64,000 nucleotides of DNA from Ginglymostoma cirratum (GCA_024137785.1 JAHRHZ010000107.1:124001-188000); one strand, 5' to 3'; positions 27,728 through 39,765 are shown, counted from the stretch's first letter. Notes: generated by a model from the sequence alone, not told the origin. Program-made: numbers and translations.

Positions 27728-30700
27728 AGGTGCTTCATTTGTTGTAAGCTTTATGTTTTTCTTTTCTGCTGTCTCTGATTACCCTTGTCAGCCATGATAA
27801 CCTTGTCCTCCCCAGAGTATGTTTCTTCTTCCTTGGAATCAATTTCTGCTGTAACTCCTGAATTATCTCAGAAGCTCCAGCCATTGTTTCTCTAGTATCT
27901 TTATTCTATTCTTCCCATCCAGTACAGTCTGGTCAGCTCCTCCGTCATATCTTAATACCCCTCATATCAATTATAATGCCAAGACATCTGATTCAAGCTT
28001 CTCCCTCTCAAAATGTAGGCTGAATTACATCCTATTCTAGTTATTTACCTCGAGGAGTTCCTTTATTTGAGTTTCCAGTTCAGTCCTCCCCAACGGATAT
28101 CACCAAATCCAGAATTTCCTGCACTCTACTGGGCTGTACCACAAGCTGCACCAAAAAAAACCTCCTAGACATTGCATGAATTTCTTTCCTTGGGATTCGC
28201 TACCAACCTGATTTTCCCAGTCTGGCTGCATATTGAATTCCCCCAAGATTAGTGTAATTGTGCCTTTCTTACATCCCTTATGTGTTTCCTGATTTATTTT
28301 CTGCTCCAGACGTTATTGGCGTTATTGTTAGTGACAGCAACTTGAAGCCAATGAGGTGGATTTGAAACATAAGCAATAGAATTCTGTTCATTTAACTGGT
28401 CGATCCCAAGAGTAGCATAATCGTGTAGATACATCCTCCTCAGAAGTAAATCTGATGATTAGACAACCTATAATTATAAATCATGATCTGTGCCTCTTGT
28501 CATATTTCGCATACTGATCGTGGATCTGGAGCCAGGATTCAGACATTTCAATTTCACTAGTACACGACCTGTTACAAGGATCAACGAACCAAGATTTTTC
28601 TGATGTTCTCTCCTGCACGAGTTATTTGAAGAAAATGAGATTACCCTGATCCTTCCTTGTACTACTCCCTGCTTTCGAATGAGCTACCAGTCGCAAGAGA
28701 CTGAACATTAATAAATTGCCATTAATCTCGTTCTTAAACAAGCCTTTATTCTCTACCATATTTGCATGTTACACCTTCAGCACCTACGGGGATAGAATGA
28801 CTTGGGAGAGATCACGCTCGGGAATCATACACGAGATCAACACACCTTTGCAAGAAAATAGATGGGTTTCTTCAAATGCGTACAATTACTTGTACCAAAT
28901 ATTGCAATTTCTGCTGGAGAAAAACCATGTTCATCTGGAAAGGGCGCAATTGTACTCAAGACCAAATTATTCCAGGCTTTCCAGCGGCGGTGGAGCACGA
29001 ACACATTCGTGTTTCCTGCACTTTTCTTTCAATGTTATTCGATTAACTACACATCATGTTCGTGTTTTCTTATTCACATGAACATATCACTTAATTTATC
29101 CTGTAACAGTCAAGTTGTCAAATTAGGTTATCATTTTTTTTAAAATTATACCTAATTTTATCTGAACTTGGACGAGGGTCCATTTCTTTCCTCTTTGAAG
29201 AACACCTGTAACAAGCAGAAATCTGATGCCCATTCCTGGGGTGGCCCACTCACTTGTTAAACCCTGCAATAGACTTCTCAATGGTACTAGATTCTTAATA
29301 TTATACTTTATTTTAACTCCCACTTTCCAGCTTCCACGGATGACTCAGATGGGAAATACTTCAGGAATGTTGTCCTTGGGATAAACACATCTGCTGAAGA
29401 AGATAGATTGAAGTAGTTGCGCAATTCTGCTTAAGCAAGTTCAGTATTCATTGCTTGTCTTCTCACACTACCAACGGTTGGATAGAGTAGGCAAGGAGAA
29501 ACTGTTCCCTTTACTGAAGGGCCAAGAATCACAGGGTATAATTCAAGGTGATTGTGAAAATAATAATTCATGGCTTCAGGAAAAAGATGAGAATGATTAG
29601 ACCCTGGGACGCATGGTTTGAGAGTTTCATGGAAGCAGAACTATTCATGACTTTCAATGCAGAATTGATCATCATCAGAAGAGGCAAAATTTGCAGGGAG
29701 ATTTGAAGAATACAGCGTCGTGCAACGGGCTGAACCGCAGGGATAGAGAGCCTGCACGATTAAAACTGCGTTAAAGTGCTGCAAAGTTTTATGAAGAATG
29801 CTGCAATGGTTTATGAAATATGCCATGAGACAGGATTGTGTAGCTGCCTGTTGTGACTGCATGTATGATAGACTCCTTTAATCAAGGAATATTATTTCCT
29901 GAAAATTCTTTTGGTTTGTGATCAGATGCGAAAAATATCAATGTTTTTGATCAGATATGAAGACACTGAGTCTGTCTCTTTTGACTAGCTTTTTGATTTC
30001 AGAACTGTTGGAATAGATGTGACATCAAGTCTCATCATTTGGTTGATTCAACTGAAGTTGTGAGAAATTTGACAGAGTATTAATTAGTTCATAAATCTAA
30101 AAGAATCTTAGCGTACCGGCATGCCATGTCATTGAATTTACAAGATGCATTCCTCTGCAGATCCGGGAAAATGGACGAATTCTAGCACTATTCTTGATTC
30201 CTTTCGTGCCCCGACAACAATCAGTTTCAGTATTAGACATATTCAGTTGATTATACTGAGCTCTCTGAGTATCGAATTGCAATGATTAATCACTCCTGTT
30301 CGCTAAATATTTCCTCCCAGCACAGATGGAACTGATTGACATCTCAACATGACGAAATGAAGCCGTTTTAAGGCAGTTTAGACAGGTAAAATGCTCTAAA
30401 TATGTACACGACATTAATCTCTAAAATTTCTAGCCTTTTCAATTCGAACACCTCTCATTCTTCAAAACTGTGAAGAGTAAAGAATCAGTTTATTCTGTCT
30501 CACACAGTTCTACCTGTTAATGTATGAAACATTTCATCGAATATTTTTTGATTCCTTACTAAGGCATTGAGTTACCTGGCTTAATGCACCATGTAAAAGC
30601 CAAGTGTCCTATCAATGATCGTTCAAATGCCCTGTCATATGAGCTAAACTGGCAATGTCATGAAAAGATTAGGATTGGTCAAACACTTGCCCATGAAGCA

Positions 30701-30817
30701 ACATGAAAGGACACAGTTATCATGGCTCTAAATTTCTTGAATCGTTCCAAACTCGTTTCCTGAAACATTGGAAACAACAGATCAGACCAAATTCAATTGA
30801 ATGCTGGTTTCTGGCCC

Positions 30818-31140
30818 TGGGAAGCAATGTTAATATGGACTATTAATCCAGAGGCACAGGTAATATTCTGAGGATCCGTGGTCTAATCCTGCAAAGATAG
30901 ATGGTGGAATTTGAATTGAATAAGATATCTGTAATTAAAAATCAAATGCCCATTGTTGGAAATAAAAATTCCATCTGGTTCACCAATGCCCTTGAGGAAA
31001 GAAAGCTGCCTCTTTCCTTGGTCTGGCCTACAGATGGCTCCAGACCAATAGCAAAGTGATTGACTCTGAATTGCTCTCTGGGAAATTCGGAATGGGCAAT
31101 AAATGCTGTCTGGTCAGCGATGCCCTCATGAATGAATAAA
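30818..31140 (+). mobile_element. DeuSINE (SacSINE1-like), second copy
   Basis: Colinear with 5349..5703: ttaatccaga, gatggtggaatttgaatt, ccatctggttcaccaatgcccttgaggaaagaaa, tgggcaataaatgctg...gaatgaataaa. Confidence 0.65.
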
Positions 31141-31529
31141 GGAGAACAATGATCACTGTGGATCTCCTCTGCAAATAATGAGCTGAGACCATTCCGTGAG
31201 CCATTACTTTTCAGGACAATATTTAAGATGCATTTATGGATATTGAGTCATATTATCTGAGTGGTGCAAAGTTAGAGAGTTCTGACATGCAGCTAGATCC
31301 AGGCGTCGTAGCGCATAACCTGCAGAAAGTTGGTAGCCAGATACAAGCAGTAATCAGGAAAGTTAAAGGAATGTTATTTTTTATAGTGGCGGAGATTGAA
31401 TGCAAGAGTAGAGAGGCTATGCTTCAGTAATACAGAGCATTGGTAAGACCACATCTAATATGCAAAATACAGTACCGATCACTGTCGTTATGGAGGATGT
31501 TAACACGAAGGACGAGATTATCGAGCAGA

Positions 31530-32062
31530 GATAAGAGATAAAAGGTACTGCAGATGCTNNNNNNNNNNNNNNNNNNNNNNNNNNNNNNNNNNNNNNNNNN
31601 NNNNNNNNNNNNNNNNNNNNNNNNNNNNNNNNNNNNNNNNNNNNNNNNNNNNNNNNNNNNNNNNNNNNNNNNNNNNNNNNNNNNNNNNNNNNNNNNNNNN
31701 NNNNNNNNNNNNNNNNNNNNNNNNNNNNNNNNNNNNNNNNNNNNNNNNNNNNNNNNNNNNNNNNNNNNNNNNNNNNNNNNNNNNNNNNNNNNNNNNNNNN
31801 NNNNNNNNNNNNNNNNNNNNNNNNNNNNNNNNNNNNNNNNNNNNNNNNNNNNNNNNNNNNNNNNNNNNNNNNNNNNNNNNNNNNNNNNNNNNNNNNNNNN
31901 NNNNNNNNNNNNNNNNNNNNNNNNNNNNNNNNNNNNNNNNNNNNNNNNNNNNNNNNNNTTTCCCCGATGTAGAGGAAGCCACAACGGGTACAGCGGATGC
32001 AGTCCTGCTCCTATGATGCTGCTTGACCTGCTGTGTTCATCCAGCCCCATGCTTTTTATCTC
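31530..32062. mobile_element. Penelope-derived insertion with 15-bp TSD, containing a 400-N assembly gap
   Basis: Left end gagataaaaggtactgcagatgct and right end cctgctcctatgatgctgcttgacctgctgtg match the arms of 61507..61872; AGATTATCGAGCAGA at 31515-31529 and 32063-32077. Confidence 0.75.
31559..31958. other. Assembly gap (400 N)
   Basis: Run of exactly 400 N. Confidence 0.99.
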
Positions 32063-33244
32063 AGATTATCGAGCAGACCGCCTTTTAATAGACAATAGAC
32101 AGGCTTGGTCTGTATCCTCTGGAGTACAGGAGAATGACAGGTGACTTAATTGAAACATATAAAGTACTGAAGGGACTTGACTGAGAGAAGGTTGAATGAT
32201 GTTTCCTCTTGTGGAGAATCTAGAAAAAAGGGTCAAAGATTTTAAGACAGAGATGGGGGGTGGGGGAGTAATCACGAAGACATTTGTGTGTCGTTTGCCT
32301 TCTCTTCCACAAGGTCAGGGGATGCAGAATTTCAGAGCATTTGTAAGGAAAAGGCAGGTGGATTCTTGTTTTCAAGGGGATGAAAGATTATTGGGGGATG
32401 CAGGAATGTAGAGTTTTGGCAAAAATCAGATCAGCCATTATTTTGTTGAATTGTGTATCAGGGCTAGAAAGGGCCGACTGGCCTACACTTGGTCCTTGTT
32501 CACGTGAGCGCATGAACGGAATATGATCAGGAATAAGTTACATTTCGCTCAATTTCAACCAAGCAGCATCAAGATTTCCTGCGTCCCCTTCATTTCACCT
32601 CTGTTGTTTCCAATGTTCCACCGCAGGATTTTGATTCTAACTTTAAGCAGAAGGACAGATCCCAAATCACAATCTGCTGCAAACTGAGAATGGTAGAATG
32701 CGATATTGGAGACAGCTGACAGTAGTTGAAACTAAATCTGTAAGTGTGTTGATGGAGATGTTGGGCGGAGATGCAAGTCAGATGGGAATGTAAGCTAATT
32801 ATGAGTATTATTCGATGGAATAAGTCTCGAATGGGCTATACATAACACAGTGGAAGCTTGGGACAAAAGGCTGTTTGATGTATTCTTTGCCTTATACTTT
32901 TTGCAGTTCTGTTTAAAAAAAAGCAAACAAATTTTCAGCTGAAATCTGAGTGAATCACGGTCAGAAGATAATGACAAACTTGTTCAATAAACACTTTTGT
33001 ATTGTGCACACAAGAAGATGAGAAGAACACTGCAGTGTCTGAACAGACAGACAACAACTAACATTTTCAGATTAACACCAGCAATATAAAATTGTTATTG
33101 GAAAAATAATATGTTTCAAAGGTTATAATTCTCTTACTCTGAACGTTTTCGACTCCAATGCCTTGAAGTTAGTAGTTAAGAATCTCTTTATGATCTCACT
33201 GATTCTTCAAATTATTGACCTCATTCCATACTAGTTAAAATACA

Positions 33245-33850
33245 GAAGAGAGAGAAAGGGCTTGGTGAAGTGATGCAGTGAAAATAATTTGCCTCTCACC
33301 ATTGGCAAGACTAAAGAAATCATATTTGACTTCAGAAAGAAAGGAGGAGAACATGCCCCCATCTACATCAACAGAACTGAGGTTGCGAGAGTGAAGAGCA
33401 TCAAGTTCCTCAGGGTGACGATAACCGACGACCTGTCCTGGACTTCCCACGTAAATGTGACAGACAAGAAGGCAAAACAACGCCTCTTCTTGCGCAGGAG
33501 GCTCAGGAAATTTGGCAGGTCCATGAGATACCTCACAAACTCTACAGATGCACCATTGAAAGCATACTGTCCGTGTGCATAATGGCCTCGTTCAACAACT
33601 GCTCTGCCCAGGACCATAAGAAACCACAGAAGGCGAAGTGCACAGCTCAGGCCACCATGGAAACTAACCTTCCATTCATGGACTCTATGTAAATGGTTCG
33701 CTGCCCCAGAAAGGTGGCCAATATCATCAAAGACCCATCGCACCCTAGTAATGACCTCCAACAACCTCTTCCATCTGGCAGAAGATGCAGAAGCTTGAAC
33801 ACACGCAGAAGCCGGTTCAGGAACTGGTTCTTTCCGGCCTTTAGGAAGAA
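33245..33850 (+). mobile_element. Rex1/Babar-type LINE 3' region (tail resumes at about 35140-35310)
   Basis: KTKEIIFDFRKK..HAPIYIN..EVARVKSIKFL..ITDDLSW..KKAKQRLF..RRLRKF; (aatc)n tail at about 35296-35309. Confidence 0.7.
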
Positions 33851-33869
33851 ATAGCAAGGCATCCGGATA

Positions 33870-35139
33870 CAAATTCTACTGTTGGGAACACCCAGCATGG
33901 GTTCACGAAGGGTAGGTCATGTTTAACTAATTTGGTGAAATTGTTTGAGGACATTACTTGTGTGGTGGACAATGGGGAACCTGCGGATGTAGTGTATCTG
34001 AATTTCCAGAATGCATTTTACAAGGTGCCACACAAAAGTCTGCTACATAAGATAAAGTTGCACAGTATTACAGGTAATGTATTGATATGGATAGAGGACA
34101 TGGTTGACTTGTAGAAAGCAAAGAGTAAGGGCAAATGGATGTTTTTCTGTTTGGCCGTCAGTGGCTAGTGGTGTGCCTCAGAGATCAGTGTTTGGACGCA
34201 ACTGTTTACAATTTACATAGATGATTTGGAGTTGGCGACTAAGTGTGGTGCATATCTCTCTACAGAGAGATATAGGTAGTCTAAGTGAGTGGACAAAGGT
34301 CTGGCAGATGGAGTACAATGTTGATAAGTGTGAGGTCATCCATTTTGATTGGAATAACAACAAAATGGTCTATGTTTTAAATGGTAACAAATTGCAGCAC
34401 GCTGCTGTGCAGAGGGACTTGTGTGTCCTTGTGCATGAACTGCAAAAAGTGGGATTGCAGGTTCAGCATGTAATTAAAAATGCAAATGGAATTTGCCTGT
34501 CATTGCTAGCGGGATGGAATTTAAAAACAGGGAGGCTATGCTGCAGTTGTGTCTGGTCATGGTGAGGCCACGCCTGGAGTACTGTGTGCAGTTTTGGTCT
34601 CCTTACTTGAGAAGGGATACACTAGCACTGGAGGGGGTGTAGAGGAGATTCACTCGGTTGATTCCAGAGTTTAGAGCTTTGGATTATAAGGAGAGACTGA
34701 GTAGGCTGAAGTTATACTCATTGGAATTCATAAGAATGAGGGGAGATCTTATAGAAACATATAAGATTATGAAGTGAATAGATAGGTTGGAGGCAGGGAG
34801 GTTGTTTCCACTGGCAGGTGAAACTAGGACAAGGGGGAATATCCTCAAAATAAAGGAAGCAGATGTCGGACTGAGGTGAGGAGGAACTTCTTCGCCCAAA
34901 GGGTTGTGAATCTATGGAATTCCCTGCCCAGTGAAGCTGTTGAAGCTACCTCGCTGAATGTGTTTAAGGCAAGGCGAGATAAATTTTTGAACAGTAAAGG
35001 AATTAAGGGTTATGGTGTGAGGGCGGGCAAGTGGATCTGAGTCTCAAAAAGATCAGCCATGATCTTATTGAATGGTGGGGCAGTTTCGAGGGGCCAAATG
35101 GCCTACTCCTGCTCCTCATTCTTATGTTCTTCTGTTCTT
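33870..35139 (+). mobile_element. CR1 LINE RT/3' fragment nested in the Rex/Babar element
   Basis: DVVYLNFQNAFYKVPH, WQMEYNVDKCEVIHF, gagtactgtgtgcagttttggtctcc; tail ttcttatgttcttctgttctt. Confidence 0.8.
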
Positions 35140-35409
35140 ATATTATTAGACTGTTGAATGTACTCTGGAGCAAACAATGCAACCTGGATGTTTCGAAATC
35201 ATTTCGATCTGTACACCCTTTTCTTGCGATGACCTGTGTGCACCGCTGGTAAACAAAGGTTTTCACTGTATTTCTGTACACGTGAAAACAAAATTAATCA
35301 ATCAATCAACATTTTGTATCATAAAAAATCGATCAGGGAAATGAAATCAAGGAAGCCGCTTGCCTGTTAGTACATCGTCAGTATTTGGAAGCCACTGGAC
35401 TCACTAAGG

Positions 35410-35760
35410 TGGCACGGGGTGGTACAATGGTTAGCACTCGATCTCACGATACCACGGACCCGGGTTCAAACTCGGCGTCAGGCGACTGCCTTTGTGGAGT
35501 TTACATGTATCAACGTGGATTTCCTCTGGTTGCTCTAGTTTCCTCCCACAGTCCAATGATTTATGAGTTAGGCCGATTGACTATGCTGAATTGCCCAAAG
35601 TATCCAGAGACGTGCAGGCAAGGTGGATTAGCTGTGGGAAATGCAGGGTTACAGGGATGGAATGGGGCGGTGGATCTCCGTGGGATGCTCTTCAGACAGT
35701 CAGTATGGACTCTATGTTCTGAATGAAATGACCTGCTTCCACATTGTAGGGAATCTCTGA
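35410..35760 (+). mobile_element. V-SINE (HE1/MER6-like)
   Basis: tRNA head (ggtggtacaatggttagc ... gggttcaaact), V-domain tttcctcccacagtccaa...tatgctgaattgccc, CR1-like tail. Confidence 0.7.
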
Positions 35761-36569
35761 TTGAGTGACTGAAGGCCAAACATCAACAGAGCTGTGTTCA
35801 TGATTTGTCATGTCAGACCATCGAGTTTCCTTTTGAAGTAGGTGGCTCTGGATCAGAATGTCTATTGAAGTTACCTGTAATAACTTTCAAGAGGATTCGC
35901 CAAGGTTCCACAACTAAGATTATCACAATACTTAAGAATGCACAAGGTTGGAGTGAGTCTTTGAACAGAAGTTGGAATTTGTATCAGGTGCGTAAAAGAA
36001 TGTTTCGTTAATTGACAGGAAACGAATGATATGGAGCAAAGATTATAGAATTACGTCTCTATATCCTCAAATGACACTATAAGTCGAAATATGAAATGGG
36101 AAAGATGGGAACTTAAAGGTTGAAGGTACAGAAACAAGCTGTGAATGGGCAGAACCAAATTTTCAAATTGAGAAAACGTGAAGCTATTGAGTGTTGTTTT
36201 GTTCAAGGTGTCTGTTGTTGTTGTTATTCTAGATATTAGAAGTCACATGTTTTCAAGACCCTGGCGAACGAATCTTGAAGATTTAGTGCAGTGAATCTTG
36301 TCGATAAAAAATGCATTTGCCACAATGATTCGGTGGTCATGGAGTAAGTGTTATTGGAGGTTGAGCAATTATTGGTCAGATTTGTCTTGGATAGGATCGA
36401 ACCCCTCGAGTGGGTGGAGCTGCTTTCATTCAGTCAATTGATGCTTCTTGAAGTTTGCCTTGCAGAAAGTGGCTCGGATCTTGGTAACCTGGAGGAGTTA
36501 TTGATTGCAGAATTACGAGGAACCGATCTGTTCTTTTCGTCAGAGTATTCACATGGTTCACTAAATTAT

Positions 36570-37445
36570 GCAGAGGCACAGGGTTATCGAAGCATTCAGC
36601 GTGGAAACAGATCCTTCAGTCAAAGTTCTCTGCACCGACCAGGCATCCCAATCTGACTTAGCCCCATTTGTAAGCATTTGACCCATATCCCTCCAAACCA
36701 TTCCCATTCATATATCCAACCAGATGCGTTTTTCATTTTGTAATTGTACCAGCCTCCACGACTTTTCATAACAGCTCGTTCTATACGCACACCACCTTCT
36801 GTGTTAAGAAGTTACCCCTGAACTCCTTTATTTTAAATCTTTCCCCTCCAACCTTAAATCGATTCCCGCTAGTTTTGGACTCTCCCACCCGAGGAAAAGC
36901 ACCTGCGCTATTCACTATCCGTGCCCCTCATGATTTTATAAACCGCTCTAACGTTACCACCAAGCCTCCGATAGTCCAGGAAAAAAATAAGCCCCAGCCG
37001 ATTCCGCCTCTCTATATAACTCAAACCCTTCAGTTCCGGCAACATCTTTACAAATCTAATCTGCACGCTCTCTAGTTTAAGAAAAAGGCGAAAAGAATTT
37101 TACATGTTATTTTAAAAGCGGCTTAATGAACGTCCCATATAGCCGCAACATGACGCCCCAGCTCCTGTCCTCAATTTACTGACCAATGGAGGCAGTCGTG
37201 TCAAATGTCTTCTTCACCATTCTGTCTACCTGTGACTCCACTTTCAAAGAACTCTGCATCTGCACCCTTAGATCTTTTTGTTCAACAACACTCCCCACGC
37301 CCCTACCATTAAAGACCTGCCCTGATATGCCTTTCCAAAATTCATCACCTCACATTTGTCACTCCTTGACCCATTAGCTCATATGATCAAGATCCCGCTA
37401 GACTCTGAGATGATCTTCTACATTGCCCACGAGACCACCAATTTT
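36570..37445 (-). mobile_element. CR1 LINE 3' fragment
   Basis: ttgtaattgtaccagcctccacgact, tgtgttaagaagttacccct and ccgtgcccctcatgattttataaacc are CR1 motifs on the minus strand. Confidence 0.7.
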
Positions 37446-37673
37446 CAGAAGACTACAGCTGATTACATAAAGATGATATGACAATTTACGTTCCCAAAAT
37501 ATTCCCCAATCTAAAAATGTTTTACCAACCAATTTCATCTCCCAGTTCTAGACACAGTATTGCGTTCTTGTTCACTGAACTGGAAACAGGCTGATCAAAT
37601 GATTCTTGTACACAATTCAGTAAATCATCACCACGAACAGAACACGCAATGATACTCGAAATTTTGCATTAAA

Positions 37674-37860
37674 TTGCATCATATATTGTGCATCACTCAA
37701 TCAATATCCTGGAACATCTGGATGATTTTTGGCGATATTTGCAACAATGGATTTCTTGTGCTGGAGTGAAATAGTGTGCTGAGCTGGAGACACAGTGACA
37801 CAAGCCGCAGCATAAATCTTTCCCGCCGTTGTCTGTTTTACTTCTTGAACGTGATTTCAA
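37674..37860 (+). repeat. Perfect 187-bp copy of 40013..40199, containing an orphan IgNAR D segment (37779-37790) with both 12-RSSs
   Basis: No mismatch found by manual comparison at offset 2339; ATTTCTTGT-12-TAGTGTG [CTGAGCTGGAGA] CACAGTG-12-GCATAAATC. Confidence 0.93.
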
Positions 37861-38857
37861 ATAGATTAACCTTGAAATGGTCAACAGCCTTAGCCGCATC
37901 TCAGTAGACCAAAAGTAAGTTAAAACGTCATGTCATGAGTATTAACCGGAGCACTTCTGAGGAAGTATCACAGCATGAAACGATACCACTGGGAAATGTT
38001 TCCATCGCTTCACAACCCTGTCTACAAAGGCTTGTCTTCTGCCCCTCTGCTAAAGATTTTACATTTACACGTGTATAAACGGTTTCTGTTTTCCTCTTCT
38101 TCAACTTCTCTTTGCAAAGAGGTCCCACCTATTCAGAATTTCAAACAAGTTTATTACGTGAGCCAATTATGACAGTTCTTCGAACAAAGAACAGCTCAAA
38201 TTTAATATGCTCATCAAATCGCGATTTGTACATAGAAGTCGACATTCTCGTGAATCTCTGGTGCAAGCTCTGCAATCACAACCTTCAAACTCTTGCTTGG
38301 AATCGAATACTGAACTCTTGAAATATGTTATTTGGTCTTCAGGACCTCTTGTGATTTATAACTTGGACTGACATTTGTTGATTTAACAACAAGAAGAAGA
38401 ACTGGAGTTTCTTTTGATTCCTTTTAGAGTCGTATCAAGCTTAAAAGCTATTGTCAAAAGAATCCTTTCATATCAAAGCACCAAACCTCTGCCAATTCAA
38501 AGCATGACCATTGCCTTTTGTTTAAAAACTGCAACATTTCAACAATTAACAGTGACTTCCATGTGCTAATTGCTCCAATTTATCAGCTTTTAGATGTGTC
38601 CATGTCCATGATTTCGCTGTCTTAACATGATAAATGTTCCCAGAAATGAAATTAAAATATCACCAAGTTGAAACACAAGGAAATTAAGCAGATCTAATGA
38701 ACCCAGATTTGAAGAAATGCGGCATAGTTACATAGAAGTGTATTCTCCATTATACCAATAATCAGTTCATTCTAAATCGATGCAGATCCCCATAACGTGA
38801 CTAAGTTTAGAGGGCACAAAACTCAGCCCATCGCAACCCTGAGCTGTAATGAATGTG

Positions 38858-38911
38858 ATTGGTTTCTCGATCCATGGCATGCAAATAAACCCAGTCTCAC
38901 GAGGTTTATAA
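38858..38911 (+). promoter_or_regulatory. IgNAR V promoter: inverted CCAAT, octamer and TATA-like box
   Basis: ATTGG 38858-38862, ATGCAAAT 38879-38886, TTTATAA 38905-38911; about 90-140 bp upstream of the leader ATG, in Ig heavy-chain promoter order. Confidence 0.75.
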
Positions 38912-38999
38912 TGTCAGTGCTCCGAGACACAGAGTTCCACAGAGCAAGCGGTGTTGAAATCTGGATTTTGCTGTTTATAGTTCTATCGGTGCAGAAACA

Positions 39000-39042
39000 A
39001 TGAATATTTTCTTGCTTTCAGTCCTTTTAGCCTTATTACCAA
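39000..39042 (+). CDS. IgNAR: IgNAR leader exon (MNIFLLSVLLALLP)
   Basis: ATG at 39000, hydrophobic signal peptide, phase-1 donor A|GTAAGT at 39043. Confidence 0.93.
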
Positions 39043-39176
39043 GTAAGTGCTGTTTCATATCGATATTTATTTGTTTAAACTGTGCATCTGTGTTTACGTT
39101 ATTGTCATGCTCCTTTCTGAAAACTCTTCTATTGACAGATTAATGTCATGTATTAAATATGCCTTTCTCTGTCCAG

Positions 39177-39444
39177 ATGTCTTTCCTGCTCGAGTGGATC
39201 AAACACCGAAAACAATAACAAAGGAGACGGGCGAATCACTGACCATCAACTGTGTCCTAAGTGATACGAGCTGTGCATGGGACAGTACGTACTGGTATCG
39301 AAAAAAATTGGACTCAACGAACGAGGAGAGCACATCGAAAGGTGGACGATATGTTGAAACAGTTAACAGCGAATCAACGTCCTTTTCTTTGAGAATTAAT
39401 GATCTAACAGTTGAAGACAGTGGCACGTATCGATGCAGAGCATA
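39177..39444 (+). CDS. IgNAR: IgNAR V segment (VNAR), type III-like, unrearranged
   Basis: Acceptor ttctctgtccag; translation [43 protein letters not shown]...[20 protein letters not shown]; canonical Cys/Trp/Cys, no CDR2, extra Cys and Trp in CDR1. Confidence 0.97.
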
Positions 39445-39482
39445 CACAGTAATGAGCTTGATCCTTCGTCATGACAGAATAC
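39445..39482 (+). promoter_or_regulatory. V 3' RSS (22-bp spacer, 23 class)
   Basis: CACAGTA (39445-39451), 22 nt, ACAGAATAC (39474-39482). Confidence 0.9.
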
Positions 39483-39680
39483 CGTCAAATCTCCCATGAA
39501 ATAATTCGGACTTACTTTTCCTCTCAACGCTGAACATTGACTTTGATTACGTCAATTCTGATCTCTAACAGCAGGAGGCAGGTTATAAATGATTGCTACC
39601 AACATTCAGAAGGAAAATCCGGACAAGAGGCAATTGGATGTTCAGCGCTGCTGTTCAATTTACCGTCATGTACGACCATT

Positions 39681-39765
39681 TATTTTTGCACTGGGATGTA
39701 ACACTGTGATAACTTTACTGTGGATAGCACAGCAATGAATCTTTGATTCCCATAATACTGAAACC
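39681..39765 (+). CDS. IgNAR: IgNAR D segment 1 (coding 39709-39727, 19 nt) with 5' 12-RSS and 3' 22-RSS
   Basis: TATTTTTGC-12-CACTGTG [ATAACTTTACTGTGGATAG] CACAGCA-22-ACTGAAACC. Confidence 0.92.

Larger units (their letters stand above)
31236..32510 (+). mobile_element. Decayed CR1 fragment split by the 31530..32062 insertion
   Basis: YYLSGAKL..RKVKGMLFFI translation on the left; gacaggtgacttaattgaaacatataaa and CR1 3' UTR on the right. Confidence 0.6.

Noticed and set aside
31424-32144. Long ORFs on both strands
   Set aside because: Artefacts of translating the 400-N gap.
39047-39499. ORF-track boundaries of the Ig ORFs (also 49074..49550, 54407..54763, 62003..62311)
   Set aside because: They run into introns or RSSs; true limits were set from splice sites.
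39716-39722. Heptamer-like TACTGTG inside D1 as a cryptic RSS
   Set aside because: No nonamer at 12 or 22/23 bp (the nearest is 26 bp away), and the motif is simply the Tyr-Cys codons.
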